The notes under the pieces were generated by a model, which worked only from the letters and a program-made list of their open reading frames with translations, made no database searches and had not been told where the DNA came from. From Eledone cirrhosa (taxonomy: Eukaryota), in NCBI GenBank assembly GCA_964016885.1, contig OZ024746.1, positions 17,546,001 to 17,610,000 on the forward strand: 64,000 nt of DNA. Reading direction: 5' to 3'. Shown in pieces: positions 12,701-27,577 of the stretch (the first letter of the stretch is position 1; the number at the start of each line of letters is the position of its first letter). A program made the position numbers and the translations under genes.

Positions 12701-15700
12701 CACGATAGAAATAACCTCTGGTACATGTTGGTTCCAGATTTATTAGTTTTGTAAAGTACATTATGCCTCTGGTAAATAGAAACAGAATCAATCATAATAA
12801 TATGCCACATGTATGTTTATATATATATATCACTGTCTGTAACTCTTTAAGATTTGTACACACATACACACAATGTATTTCCTATCTCAGTTATATTGTT
12901 GCAATAAGGAGTTCACTTTCTAACCACAAATAGAATCTTTTACTCTTTTACTAGTTCCAGTCATTAGACTGTGACCATACTGGGGCACTGCCTTCAATCA
13001 TATCGACCTCAGTACTTAATTTTTTAAAGTCTAGTACTTAGTTTATCAATCCATAGATCCCTTTTTGTCAAACTGTTAAGTTATAGTACATAATAAAAAC
13101 TACAGACACATACACACATGCAAGCACTCATATTCAAGGACCTCCACATAGTTTCTGTCTACCAATTTCCATTCAATTTCAAAGGAGTTATTTTCAGCAA
13201 TGAAAATATTAATTGTAAATTGTAAATACCTACTTTTTAAAATTATCTGTGAAATAGGAGTAAAGAAGTCCAAGGCAGAGCAAGGAATTTTTGTGACCAG
13301 GTTGAAATGTTGTAATTGTCAGAAAGTCACAGATGGCTTCATAAACACTTGTAGAAAAACAAAAGAACAACAACAAAAAATACATATAATTTTAATAAAT
13401 TGAATTGAATTGAAGACATTTCAACTCTTAACATTCTGTAATGACGTAGAAGAAAATAAATAAAAATAGGTTTGTTAATTCAAATGTTTATAGAATCTTT
13501 ACTAGCAGATAGATCTTTGTGAAAATGTGTGGTATTAGAGTAAATACTTTAACATTTAAATGTGATGCTGGTATTGTCATATATATTGTGAAAATGTGCG
13601 GTATTAGAGTAAATACTTTAACATTTAAATGTGATGCTGGTATCATCATATATATTGTGAAAATGTGCGGTATTAGAGTAAATACTTTAACACTTAAATG
13701 TGATGCTGGTATCATCATATATATTGTGAAAATGTGCAGTATTAGAGTAAATACTTTAACATTTAAATGTGATGCTGGTATTGTCATATATATTGTGAAA
13801 ATGTGCGGTATTAGAGTAAATACTTTAACATTTAAATGTGATGCTGGTATTGTCATATATATTGTGAAAATGTGTGGTATTAGAGTAAATACTTTAACAT
13901 TTAAATGTGATGCTGGTATTGTCATATATATTGTGAAAATGTGCGGTATTAGAGTAAATACTTTAACATTTAAATGTGATGCTGGTATTGTCATATATAT
14001 TGTGAAAATGTGCGGTATTAGAGTAAATACTTTAACACTTAAATGTGATGCTGGTATTGTCATATATATTGTGAAAATGTGCGGTATTAGAGTAAATACT
14101 TTAACATTTAAATGTGATGCTGGTATTGTCATATATATTGTGAAAATGTGCGGTATTAGAGTAAATACTTTAACATTTAAATGTGATGCTGGTATTGTCA
14201 TATATATTGTGAAAATGTGTGGTATTAGAGTAAATACTTTAACACTTAAATGTGATGCTGGTATTGTCATATATATTGTGAAAATGTGTGGTATTAGAGT
14301 AAATACTTTAACATTTAAATGTGATGCTGGTATCATCATATATATTGTGAAAATGTGCGGTATTAGAGTAAATACTTTAACATTTAAATGTGATGCTGGT
14401 ATTGTCATATATATTGTGAAAATGTGCGGTATTAGAGTAAATACTTTAACACTTAAATGTGATGCTGGTATTGTCATATATATTGTGAAAATGTGTGGTA
14501 TTAGAGTAAATACTTTAACATTTAAATGTGATGCTGGTATTGTCATATATATTGTGAAAATGTGCGGTATTAGAGTAAATACTTTAACATTTAAATGTGA
14601 TGCTGGTATTGTCATATATATTGTGAAAATGTGTGGTATTAGAGTAAATACTTTAACATTTAAATGTGATGCTGGTATCATCATATATATTGTGAAAATG
14701 TGCGGTATTAGAGTAAATACTTTAACATTTAAATGTGATGCTGGTATTGTCATATATATTGTGAAAATGTGCGGTATTAGAGTAAATACTTTAACACTTA
14801 AATGTGATGCTGGTATTGTCATATATATTGTGAAAATGTGTAGTATTAGAGTAAATACTTTAACATTTAAATGTGATGCTGGTATTGTCATATATATTGT
14901 GAAAATGTGCGGTATTAGAGTAAATACTTTAACATTTAAATGTGATGCTGGTATCATCATATATATTGTGAAAATGTGTGGTATTAGAGTAAATACTTTA
15001 ACATTTAAATGTGATGCTGGTATTGTCATATATATTGTGAAAATGTGCGGTATTAGAGTAAATACTTTAACATTTAAATGTGATGCTGGTATTGTCATAT
15101 ATATTGTGAAAATGTGCAGTATTAGAGTAAATACTTTAACATTTAAATGTGATGCTGGTATCATCATATATATTGTGAAAATGTGCGGTATTAGAGTAAA
15201 TACTTTAACATTTAAATGTGATGCTGGTATTGTCATATATATTGTGAAAATGTGCGGTATTAGAGTAAATACTTTAACATTTAAATGTGATGCTGGTATC
15301 ATCATATATATTGTGAAAATGTGCGGTATTAGAGTAAATACTTTAACATTTAAATGTGATGCTGGTATCATCATATATATTGTGAAAATGTGCGGTATTA
15401 GAGTAAATACTTTAACACTTAAATGTGATGCTGGTATTGTCATATATATTGTGAAAATGTGCGGTATTAGAGTAAATACTTTAACACTTAAATGTGATGC
15501 TGGTATTGTCATATATATTGTCACAGTGACTCAGCTTGGGGAATTATGTTAAGGGTACACATGGTTCTTATATAAAGTTATGTTGGAAGATTTTTATTTA
15601 AATAGGAATCCTTTAAAATAGGTGATTTTGCTTCATCGAATCAGAGTTAGTTTGGGATCAGGGTGGTATAAAAAGGGTTGATATGTATTGTGTTGTGTTA

Positions 15701-18700
15701 TTTAGTGGTGTATGGCCAACTGAAGGCCAACCACATTTCCTAGGGTAGTATAAAAACTCCCCACCCCACCTTCATTTCACCCAGTGTCTGAAGCCTGAGA
15801 GTACCATGGGATCTGCCCTCTCACCTCTCACTAAGCTATTAATAAAAAAAGGGTCTTGTTCATACTTACAGTCCCAACTTCATATAGAGGAGACCCCTTT
15901 GATAATAACAACGCAAGTTTTCTGGTTTATCATTTAAATGTAAACTTATACTAAAATCTGAGAGAGCTTTCTTTTGATTACTCCTGAAATGAGAGAATAA
16001 AGCAAACATTAGTATTTATATGCAGAAAAGGAAGAAACAACGAAAGACATTGCATCTCAGGGTTGCCACACTTAATGTTGGCACCCTGACAGGTAGAGAG
16101 AAGACATGTGGATGTGTGCTGCGTGCAAGAGGTGAGATGGAGAAGTGCCTCAGCAAGACTAATGACAAGCAAAAATCTTAGCTATAAGCTTTTCTGGGTA
16201 GGAAATGATGATGGGTTAGGTGGGGTAGGCATTTTACTGGTTGAGAGGTGGATCAATAAGACAATAGAGGTAGTTAGAGTCAATAATAGAATAATTAAGA
16301 TTAGATTAGTTGTAGGCAGGAGACTGCTGACAATTATCTTTACCTATGCTCCCCAGGCAGGCCTAGGTAAAGAAGAGAAGGACTGCTTTTATGAGTAACT
16401 TCTAGAAACAACCACAATGGCAGAGACCTAGTTATACTAGCAGCGGACTTCAATGGTCATGTTGGACAGCTCCAAGATGGATACACTGGGGTACAAGGTG
16501 GTCATGGTTATAGCTCAAGAAACGAAGAAAGAGTGAGGCTTCTTGAATTTTGTGATGTAAGTGTAACCATTTGCAACACTAACTTCAAGAAACCTACCAA
16601 CCACCTAATAATCTACAAATCAGGCGACCACATAAGCCAGATTGACTTCTTGCTAGTTAGGCAACGAGTCAGACAGATGGTGTCAAATACTATGGCATAC
16701 CCTGGGGAAGAATGTACCCTCAGCATAGGTTAGTCGTTAGTGACATCTCAACAAGCAAGAGACAAAATGAGACACACAGGAAGGTGTGGAAAAGGAAGGT
16801 CTGGAAGCTAAAAGACCTTTCACTAAAATATAAATTTAGAAAAGCCCTTCAAGATGTGTATGACGAAAAAGAAGATGAGTTAGAATCGTATGACATAGAT
16901 AATAACTGGAAATTCTTACATGACAACTTACAGCAAGCTACTGAAGGAACTTGTGGCTGGAGCAGTGCTCCAATCAGACAGAAGGTGACCTGGTGGTGGA
17001 ACAGCATGGTAGATAAAGCCATTAAAGACAAAAGACTAGCATGGAAAGCTTGGGAAAATGGTGGGAGTAGAGACTGATACACAGCCGCTAAAAGAGAAGC
17101 TAGATGTCAGGTGTACTTAGCATGTAGGGAAGCTGAGGGTAGGAAGTTTGCCAATGTTCTGCAACGAGAAGATTAGAGACATGCGGTGTTCCACATTGCA
17201 AGGCAGTGTGTCAGTGTAAATCAGGATGTTGTTGGAGATAAGTGTCTCAGTATATATATATACTGAAAGTTACCAGTTTAAAATTGTAAGACCATGTTCA
17301 GCTAAGTACTCAATTCTTGGGAAAGTAGAGTGTATATATAGTGAAAAGTTAGTGTCTGATGGCTGAGCTCATGGCATTTCAACAGTGAGTGGATAACTCA
17401 CTGTTGAAATGGAATTAGCTCAGCCGTTGGACACTAACTTTTCATTGTGTTTATATATTATATATCATCATCATCACCAGCTAAAATGGGTTAGACAAAT
17501 TTTGCAGATGTGAGCCAAGCCAGAGCAGATGACTGTCTCCAGCACACACACACGCATATATATATGGTGATGATGATAACAGAGTGAATGATAGTGACAA
17601 AGATGATAACAATAATGATAATGATGACAAGGAGGAAGAGGATGATGGTGATGAAGATGATAATGACAATGTCGATACCTTACTTTTTTAGAAGGTAACC
17701 CCGGAGAAAGTATGCTTCTGCAAAGTTTGGATCCAAATGGATGGCCTTACATAGGTCCTCTAAAGCCGTGGTAAAGTCTTTTAATTCTATTGAAACTTTG
17801 GCATGATCTAGAAGATATTTCGGACTATAAGACAGATCTAGTAACCTTTTGTAATCTGCTCGTGCCATTTTCCATTTTCTGAAATAAAGATAGAGATGTG
17901 ATTTAACCATTTTGCGACCATATTCCTTAAGAAACAGACCATATTCCTTAAGAAACAGACCATATTCCTTATGAAACAGACCATATTCCTTAAGAAACAG
18001 ACCATATTCCTTAAGAAACAGACCATATTCCTTATGAAACAGACCATATTCCTTAAGAAACAGACCATATTCCTTATGAAACAGACCATATTCCTTATGA
18101 AACAGACCATATTCCTTATGAAACAGACCATATTCCTTAAGAAACAGACCATATTCCTTAAGAAACAGACCATATTCCTTATGAAACAGACCATATTCCT
18201 TATGAAACAGACCATATTCCTTAAGAAACAGACCATATTCCTTAAGAAACAGACCATATTCCTTATGAAACAGACCATATTCCTTAAGAAACAGACCATA
18301 TTCCTTATGAAACAGACCATATTCCTTAAGAAACAGACCATATTCCTTAAGAAACAGACCATATTCCTTATGAAACAGACCATATTCCTTAAGAAACAGA
18401 CCATATTCCTTATGAAACAGACCATATTCCTTATGAAACAGACCATATTCCTTATGAAACAGACCATATTCCTTAAGAAACAGACCATATTCCTTAAGAA
18501 ACAGACCATATTCCTTAAGAAACAGACCATATTCCTTATGAAACAGACCATATTCCTTAAGAAACAGACCATATTCCTTAAGAAACAGACCATATTCCTT
18601 AAGAAACAGACCATATTCCTTATGAAACACAGTATTTCAATTTTGACATATTTTCTAAAATTATTAATTATTTCATTACTAAGATAGTAACTTAACATTT

Positions 18701-19846
18701 ATTTCTTATATAAAATCATATTGGAAGATTTTAATTGACATAAGAACCATTTAAAATGGGGAGTTGTTTGCTAGTTAATATTACTCATCTTTGGTTAATC
18801 AAAGCTCTTTAACAGGAAGTAATCAAATAATGATTTCTAATTTAGACAAAAGTCCAACAACTTTGTGGGGAGCGGAAAGACAATTACATTGACCTAAGTA
18901 GGTGACTGGTACTTTATTTAATTGATCCCGGAATTATGAAAGGGAAAGTATTTGCAGTATACTGTAACTGTGTGTGGCTTAGTGGTTAGGGTGTTTGCCC
19001 CATGATTGTAATGATTTGAACACAGAGCACAAAGGAACAAAACAAACTCTACAACACATTTTTCTAACAACTAAGCTAAGTATCAACCTTCTTTTTCTTC
19101 ACCCACTTTTTTCTGAGAGGATCATAGGGGACAGAGTCCCCAAACACTCCTTCAAGAAGATCCTGTCAGAAGCAACTGTCTCCAATTGTCTCGGCTGGAT
19201 CCCCAAGCAAGACCAGCTGAGCTCATTGATGCTATCCAACTATCTTGCTTGGTGTCCATGCCTGGATCTCCTGTTGGTTGGTTTTGCCAGTAAAATCTGT
19301 GCAGTGATTTTTTTCCTGAGAAATTCTAACAACATGTATAATAGAATAACTAGTATACTTACCGAACTTTCATACAGAGGGCAGCATGTCTTTTAATAAA
19401 TGAAGTATTGGCAGGTTTGATATCAATAATATTCTTATAATCAACTATTGCTTCCTCAACACGTCCTCCCTAGAAGGTTATACAGAAACATTAGACTATA
19501 TATTACATTGTGCACTAACAAACTCAACTATATTAATAATATATATATATATATATTAACACAGCATATATACATATATAATATATATATACACAATATA
19601 CATATCATCATCATCTTCGTTTAACGTCCATCTCCCATGGTAGCATGGGTTATATATATATATATATATCACCTTGACCGACCAGTCTGTCGGGCGCCAA
19701 TCGTGCTGTCTTAGCCTCATTTCTACAGCTGAGTAAACTGGAGCAACGTGAAATAAAGTGTCTTGCTCAAGGAAACAACACATCACCCAGTCCGAGAATT
19801 GAACTCACAACCTTTCGATTGCAAGCCCATATATATATATATAGCC

Positions 19847-19894
<48 letters not shown>

Positions 19895-22800
19895 ATGGAC
19901 TACGGAATTCTGGAGTCTGAAAAATCTGGACACTCAGTGACAATGCCAAAGATAAAGACAAATTCACCTCATGCTGCCGGACGAAAATGCAAGGACTCCT
20001 CCTCTTTATTTCGGCCACGGATGGCCAACACAACCCCATCTCCCTCATCCCTCCCCACGCCCACCGTTCCCACCCACCAAACGCAACCCAAAACTTCAGA
20101 GTTGGTACCATGAATGTAGGCACCTTAAAAGGTCGCTCTAACGAGGTTGTAGAAATGCTTGAGCGTAAGGAGGTTGATGTTTGCTGTATCCGAAAGACCA
20201 GGTGGAGGAGTGGGTCTGCTAGATTCATTGTGGGTAAAAAACGATGCTATAAGCTTTTCTGGGTGGGAAATGACAATGGGCTGGGCAGGGTAGGAATCAT
20301 GTTATCAGAAAAATGGGTAGATAAGATAATAGATGTAAATAGAGGGAACGACAGAATAATTAAAATAAGACTTGTCCTAAATAGAACTACTGTCACAGTA
20401 ATATCTGCGTAATCACCCCAATCCGGACTGCCTGGCGTTATAAAAGACAGATTCTATGAGACATTGATGCTCACTACCTCCCAAATAACCGACAGTGACT
20501 ACATAATTATTGCTGGTGACCTAAATGGTCACGTTGGACAACATTGTGATGGCTATGCCGGAATCCATGGAGGCTATGGGTTTGGTACTAGAAATGAGGA
20601 AGGCTCCAGAATCCTGGAATTCTGTGACGCAAATAACCTAACTATCTGTAACACTAACTTCAAAAAACGAGACAATCACTTGATCACCTATAGATCAGGG
20701 GAACACGCCAGTCAGATAGATTATATCCTTACCAGAAGACGTGATAGAGTGTCTGTTGTAAACACTAAATCCCTCCCCCATGAAGAATGTACCTCCCAAC
20801 ATAGACTCATAGTCAGCGACCTCATAGTCAGGACAAGACGTACTCGACAACAGAGGAGGACTATCTCCAAGAGAAAAATATGGAAGCTAAAGGACCCCAC
20901 AGCCAGTAATAAATTTAAAAGCATATTACTTGATGCTTTTGACAGTAACGAAGAGCAATTAGAGTCGTACAATATTGAGGAACAGTGGGAATTCCTGAAA
21001 GCTAACCTGCTGAAGGCGGCAGATGAAGTCTGTGGCTGGAGCAGACCTATAGGCAGGAGGAGAGTAATGTGGTGGTGGAACAGTAAGGTGGAGGAGTCAA
21101 TCAAGGCCAAAAAGCAGGCTTGAAAAGTATGGCGGGATGGGGGAAGTAGAGAAGACTATCAAGTGGTCAGGAGAGAAGCTAGGAGACAAGTGTACTTCGC
21201 AAGAAGGGAAGCAGAGGAAAGAAAGTTCAAGCATGTTCTACAACGCGAGGACCAAAAACGTGAGGTGTTCAGGATTGCTAGGCAATGTGTCAAGCAAAAC
21301 CGTGATATTGTCGGGGAGGAGTGTGTCTTTAATGATGATGGTGTACTTGCCATCACTGGCGCTGATAAGAAGGTAGCTTGGAAGTGTCACTACGAAAGGC
21401 TACTAAATGAGGAGAATAAATGGGAGAAGGATTGTCTCTCCCACATCGATCCAATAGAGGGACCAGCAGTGCAAGTTGAAGGTAGTATAATAAGTAAAGC
21501 AATGAAAGATATGAAGACGGGTAAGGCGGCTGGGCCTTCAGAAATAGTTGCTGAAATGCTGAAAGCATCTGGAACGGTGGGACACACTATGGTCACCCGG
21601 ATAGTAAACCAAGTCATACAGAATGGGGTTGTTCCGAAGGACTGGCGTAGCAGCATCATCATTAACTGCTACAAGGGTAAAGGAGATGCCCTAGATAGGG
21701 GTAACTATAGAGGCATTAAATTAATTGACCAGGTCATGAAGGTCACAGAAAAAGTAATAGCGCAACTAATCAGAGAGCGAATTGATCTAGATGAAATGCA
21801 GTTCGGGTTTGTGTTAGTTAAAAGTACCACAGACGCTCTTTTCATTGTACGACAACTACAGGAGCAGTACCTAGCTAAAAGTAAACTCCTATACTTAGCT
21901 TTTGTTGACTTGGAGAAAGCCTTTGACAGAGTCCCCCGCTCCATTATCTGGTGGGCTCTTAGAAAACTAGGTGTTGATGAATGGCTTGTGAGAGCTATAC
22001 AAGCCATGTATAAAGAAACAGTCAGCAAGGTTAGAATTAACAACGAATATAGTGAAGAGTTTAGCGTAAAAGTTGGTGTTCATCAGGGCTCTGTTCTTAG
22101 CCCCCTACTATTTATTATTGCCCTTCAGGCTATAACAGAGGAGTTCAAGACCGGCTGCCCATGGGAACTCCTATACGCAGATGATCTAACGCTTATAGCT
22201 GAATCAATGGCTGAACTAGAGAAGAAATTCCAAACATGGAAGCATGGCCTAGAATCAAAAGGCGTTAAAATTAACCTGTCTAAGACTAAAGTTCTAGTTT
22301 GTAGGAAGGAAAATGGGCACTGGTCCCATCTGGGAAATTGCCATGCTCAGTGTGTAGGAAAGGAGTAGGCAGAAAATCCATTTTATGTCCCAAATGCAAA
22401 GTATGGGTGCATAAAAGTATGGGATCACAGGTAAGCTAACAAAGAATATAAATTTTATATGTGGCCGGTGCTCAGGTGCAATAAGTAGCAGCAAGTGCCC
22501 ACAGAATACTAGCTCATTCCATTGCACAGATGGTTCTATAGAAATAGTGGACACCTTCCGTTACCTGGGTGACAAAATCAGCAGTGGTGGAGGGTGCTCC
22601 GAAAGTACAGTAGTTAGAGTCAGAACGGGATGGAAAAAGTTCAGAGAGCTTATACCACTATTGGCCGCTAAAGGGTTCTCTCTAAAAATGAAAGGCAGGC
22701 TGTATGATGCCTGCATACGAACAGCATTGTTACATGGCAGTGAAACTTGGGCATTGTGTGCAGAGGATATACGCAGACTGGAGAGGAACGAAGCTTGCAT

Positions 22801-25800
22801 GCTCCACTGGATGTGTAATAGTAATATACGTGAATGGCAAAGCCTAAATGAACTAAGGGAGAAATTAGGAATAAGAGGGATCAGATGTTGTTTACTCGAG
22901 AGAAGACTACGTTGGTACAGTCATGTGATGAGCATGAAAGACGACAGCTGTATAAAAAAGTGCAGGGCGATAAAAATAGATGGTAGCCACGGAGTAGGCA
23001 GACCCAGAAAAACCTGGGACGACTTGACAAATTCCGACCACACACACTTACACCTCTCCAAGACAATGTCACAGGACCGAGATCTTTGGCGCTACACAGT
23101 AATACAGAAGACCCGCCTTGCCTAAGTACAAAGCGAAACCTACAGTCAGTAGGCACCTCTTACCAAAATATACCCCCGTCCCACTAACCCCACCCCATCC
23201 ATACCACCCATCTCGATGTAAAGTTATGTTGGTACCATAACATCCAGTCCTAAATAAATGAGGTCGTGTAGGTGTCACGACAAAAAAACACACAGTCCAC
23301 GCTGTAATGTGGCCATGTAGGTAAGACGGTAAAAACCTCCCAGTCCACACTGTAAACGTGGTTGGTGTTAGGAAGGACATCTAACCGTAGAAAACCCGCC
23401 AGACAGTCCCATACGAGCAAGACAACCAATCTTGCCTCAAGTGGGAAAATTCCCGTCCAAACCCATGCAAGCGTGGAAGATGGACGTTAAACGATGATGA
23501 TGATGATGATATATATATATATATATATATACATAAATATATATTTACATAGCATATATACATATATAAATATATATACACACTATATATATATATATAT
23601 ACATTTAATCAATTAGAGAGAGTTAATTGATTTAAAATCAGCCAACTTTTAAATAACAGATGTCAAGCACTCAACGGTATATGTTTATCCGGAGTATTGT
23701 ATAATAATAATAAACAAAAAAAAACCGGTTACTTTAGCCCATCCCTATTTATTTGACTATACATATTTCAAAGACATAAGTCATAACATGTTCTCTTCAG
23801 ATAAAATCAACAGGAGTTGTAGATGTCATTTGATATGCAGGCGGTCTGACGAGCTATTCAGACCCAGCAAGCATATGCATGGAAAAAAAACCTACCTCCA
23901 CACAGAAGATATTGTTGAGTGGGAAAAATATTACAGTTGGTGTTGGTGTTTTTGAACTGGCTAGTGTATGAGGTTACCGGATTGGTCAAATAGATAAAAA
24001 GAAAACGTGTATGGACCATTAGTCTATTTATTTATCACTTATGTTAGATTAAATTAGATACTATATTGAAAAATTTTAGAAATTTTAGATATTTATTCAA
24101 AGATGCTAAAGTTATAATGTAACTATATATTAAAGAAACTATTAAATTATTAATTTTGTAGTCAATTTATCTATTATTATATTTACAATTGAATAAATAT
24201 CTAAAAAATTTCTAAAAATGTTTGATATAGTATCGAAGTTATGAATAAATAGACTAACGGTCCATACTTGTTTTCTTGTTATCTATTTGACCAATCCAGT
24301 AACCTCATACTCTAGCCAGTTCAAAAATGGCAACACCAACTGTAATATTTTCCCACCTCATATAATATCCTATGTGTGGAGGTTTTTTTCCAGTCATATG
24401 CTTGCCAGCCACTGAACATGCTCTTTAATACGGAGATGTAATGGTCGAATAGTGCTACCTATGTAAAATAGATTGCACTTGTTACATTCTAGTCTGTATA
24501 CTATGCAGGTACATAGCAACAATTAGTATTGCGGATAGGGCAATTCGCTAGGGTGCATCTGTTATCCTCGTTGGGGGGTTGTCTTGTGGAGAGGCACTTT
24601 CGCAGCACTATTCGACCATTACATCTCCGCATTAAAGAGCATGTTAACATCAACTCCTCTTCCTTCTGCAAACACATCATCAAATGTGGAAACCAGGACA
24701 ACATTACCACCACAATCTTAGCTACTGAACACAGTATAGGCACACTGAGAATTAAGGAAGCCCGCCTAATCAAGCAATTAAAACCTAGGATCAATAATCG
24801 AATGGAAAGAAGTGCACCAGAATGGCTAATTTAAAAGCTTGGATTCCAACATCCCAACGGCCAGTTTCTTTCTTTCAAATCAAATGTCCTAACTAGGCAA
24901 ACACACTTAGACTCACACACACACATACATATATCATACACATATTTTTCCTGTTTTATTATATACATATTTGTACACATCTTTCACTACATAAACTTAC
25001 ATTCATGCACATGCATACAAACATCCACGCACACACACGCATATATCATACATTTATACATTTCACAACGCGCATGTTCGAAATTTTAACGTCTTTTCAT
25101 TTCATTTCACTTAAATCTGCTTCCATATAAGCAAGTCTATCCGATCGATTTTCAAGTCTTTCATAGAGTTACTCCCTTGATGATGGGTTTTTAAACCCGA
25201 AAATATTTGGGATCGTTAAATATTGCTAAGGTAAGATTCTTTTGTTATTTTGGCAATTCAACATTCTTCATACGCATTGTTTTGGTCTTCAAATTTAAAT
25301 TTGTGTTTCCTATTAAACAATTCTTCAAGCAAGCTACAAAACTCTGTTATATTATATGCAGATATGAGAAAAACCACAGACCCTCCATCTCAACTCTACT
25401 TTTGAAAAGCAGAAAAACTGCGAAACCGGTAAAGGAACCAAATAAATATATATATTTAAAAAATAAAGATTCCAGTTGCATTTTCGATTTCATCTTTTTT
25501 CCTTATATATATATATATATATATCTTCAAATTTATTATTATTACTATATATATATATATATATATATATATCATCATGATGATGATGATGATGATGATA
25601 TATATATATATATATATATATATAGTAATAATAATAAATTTGAAGACTAAAATCCAAAGAGGGCTCGATAAGGTTAAATATATATCAAATATATAAGAAC
25701 CGTAGAGCAAATATTTATTAAAATAACAGATTAAAGTTTAAGCAAAGAATCGCTGCTTTCACCCTTAACGGTGAAGCTCTTGCTCGGAGTGGATTTGTCG

Positions 25801-27543
25801 ATAAGGTAGCATATACAGAGTACGAAAATAGACCTAGAAGAAATAGACCCCATCGCATTTGTTGGTATACCCCACCATATAATATGGAGGTGGCCACACC
25901 ATTAGCTAAGATCTTTCTTTCCCTTATTACGAAGCATTTTCCCCCTACACATAAATATAGTAAAATTTTTAATAGAAATACTATTAAAATTTGTTACTCT
26001 ACGACTCCTAACCTTGCACATAACATCACAGCTTCAAATTTAGCTAAACTACCTAGCCGTAGGAACACGTGCAACCCTGTAGTTAGTACTAACTGTAATT
26101 GTAGGAATCGGGTTGACTGCCCCCTATCCGGGAAATGCCTCTCTAGTAACATTGTCTACAAATGTAAGGTTGAAACACCCACGTCCCGTAGGGCCTACAT
26201 AGGGTTAACCGCCAATAGATTCAAGCAGCGTCTTTACATGCATACCCATTCTTTTCGTTACCCTCTAAGAAGGAATATGACGTCACTTTCAGCTTATATC
26301 TGGAGTCTAAAAGACAACCACACCCAATATAAGTTACACTGGGAGATCCTAGCTAGGGCTAGATCGTATAATGGAAATAAAAGACCATGTGACCTCTGCG
26401 CCGCTGAGGCCCTGGAAATACTCTACGCCACAGACCACATCTTAAACAAAAAATCTGAGGCAATTTCGGCTTGTAAACATAAATTGCACAAAACTTTCCT
26501 GTATTACAGCCCCACGTTATACCCTAACGGATAGTACGATCTATACGCGGATATTTTACGTCTTGATGTGGTAGCTAAGTATATGTTTTGTTTATACCAT
26601 TACTTATTTGCATAGGTAAGTATATATTATCTGTATGTTTTGTGAAGGTACGTATACTTTCTCGTACGTATATTTGATTGTATATGTTATTGGCGTATAA
26701 TTTTATATATTCTGGTACATATGGTTTGGTTATGTGAATACGGGAGTTTTGCGTCTGTGTGAGTATGCAGGTTCGTACGTATGTAGGGTGTGTGTATATG
26801 TGTACTTCATGTTTTGGTTGACTTACGTCTCCGAACATTTGTGTATTTACATGTAGGTATGTGTGTGCGCTTGTTATATACGTATTTATTTATATACGTT
26901 TATTTAATTATTTATTTATTTGTATACACGCACACACACACACATACATATTTATATGTGCGTGGTTTTGTATACCTATGGTAAGTGTTTTCGCGTATGC
27001 TTGTGTATGTGTGTATTTGTATGCGTGTATGTATTTATTTAATTTCTATTACCTCTGTATTGTATTTGTTTACTTTATTCTTAACTCTGAAGCGGAGATT
27101 CATTCAGTCTCCTAGTTAGAATTTTAGTCTACGACTTCTGCTATACCATTTACGTGGTTTTGTCTTTGCATGAAATTGTTCTCCACGCTCCACATATGAC
27201 GTATTATCTTCGTTTTTTCCGTTCATTGCCAGAGAACGTCTCTATGAAACACCTAAGAAAACATTAGTCTACAACCTCTTTTATACCATAAACGTGGTTC
27301 TGTCTTTGCGCGTAATTGTCTTTCACCGCTCCTATTAATGACGTATTATATTCGTTTTTTCCCGTTCTTTGCCAGGGAACGTTTCCACGAACCAAAGTAT
27401 CATCTTCCTGTCTTCCTCCGGTTGCAGCGTTTTTTGAAATATCCACTTCTGTGTTTACAGATTGACTTTGTTAGTTTCAGAAGATCCCGTTAAGGGTGAA
27501 AGCAGCGATTCTTTGCTTAAACTTTAATCTGTTATTTTAATAA

Positions 27544-27577
<34 letters not shown>

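Noticed and set aside
13488-15552. 677/678-aa ORFs, or a CRISPR-like array
   Set aside because: Pure head-to-tail 69-mers with no unique spacers, inside an intron of a eukaryotic gene; no cas genes.
17680-18698. 316/286/238-aa repeat proteins
   Set aside because: Products of a 21-bp VNTR; only 17684-17878 has splice sites and TPR content.
19987-23125. Active or domesticated reverse transcriptase gene
   Set aside because: At least two in-frame stops and frameshifts; a decayed RTE copy.
25884-26534. Selenocysteine-encoding Naiad element
   Set aside because: Some Naiads recode UGA, but this ORF has ordinary Cys codons and ends at TAG; no SECIS recognised.
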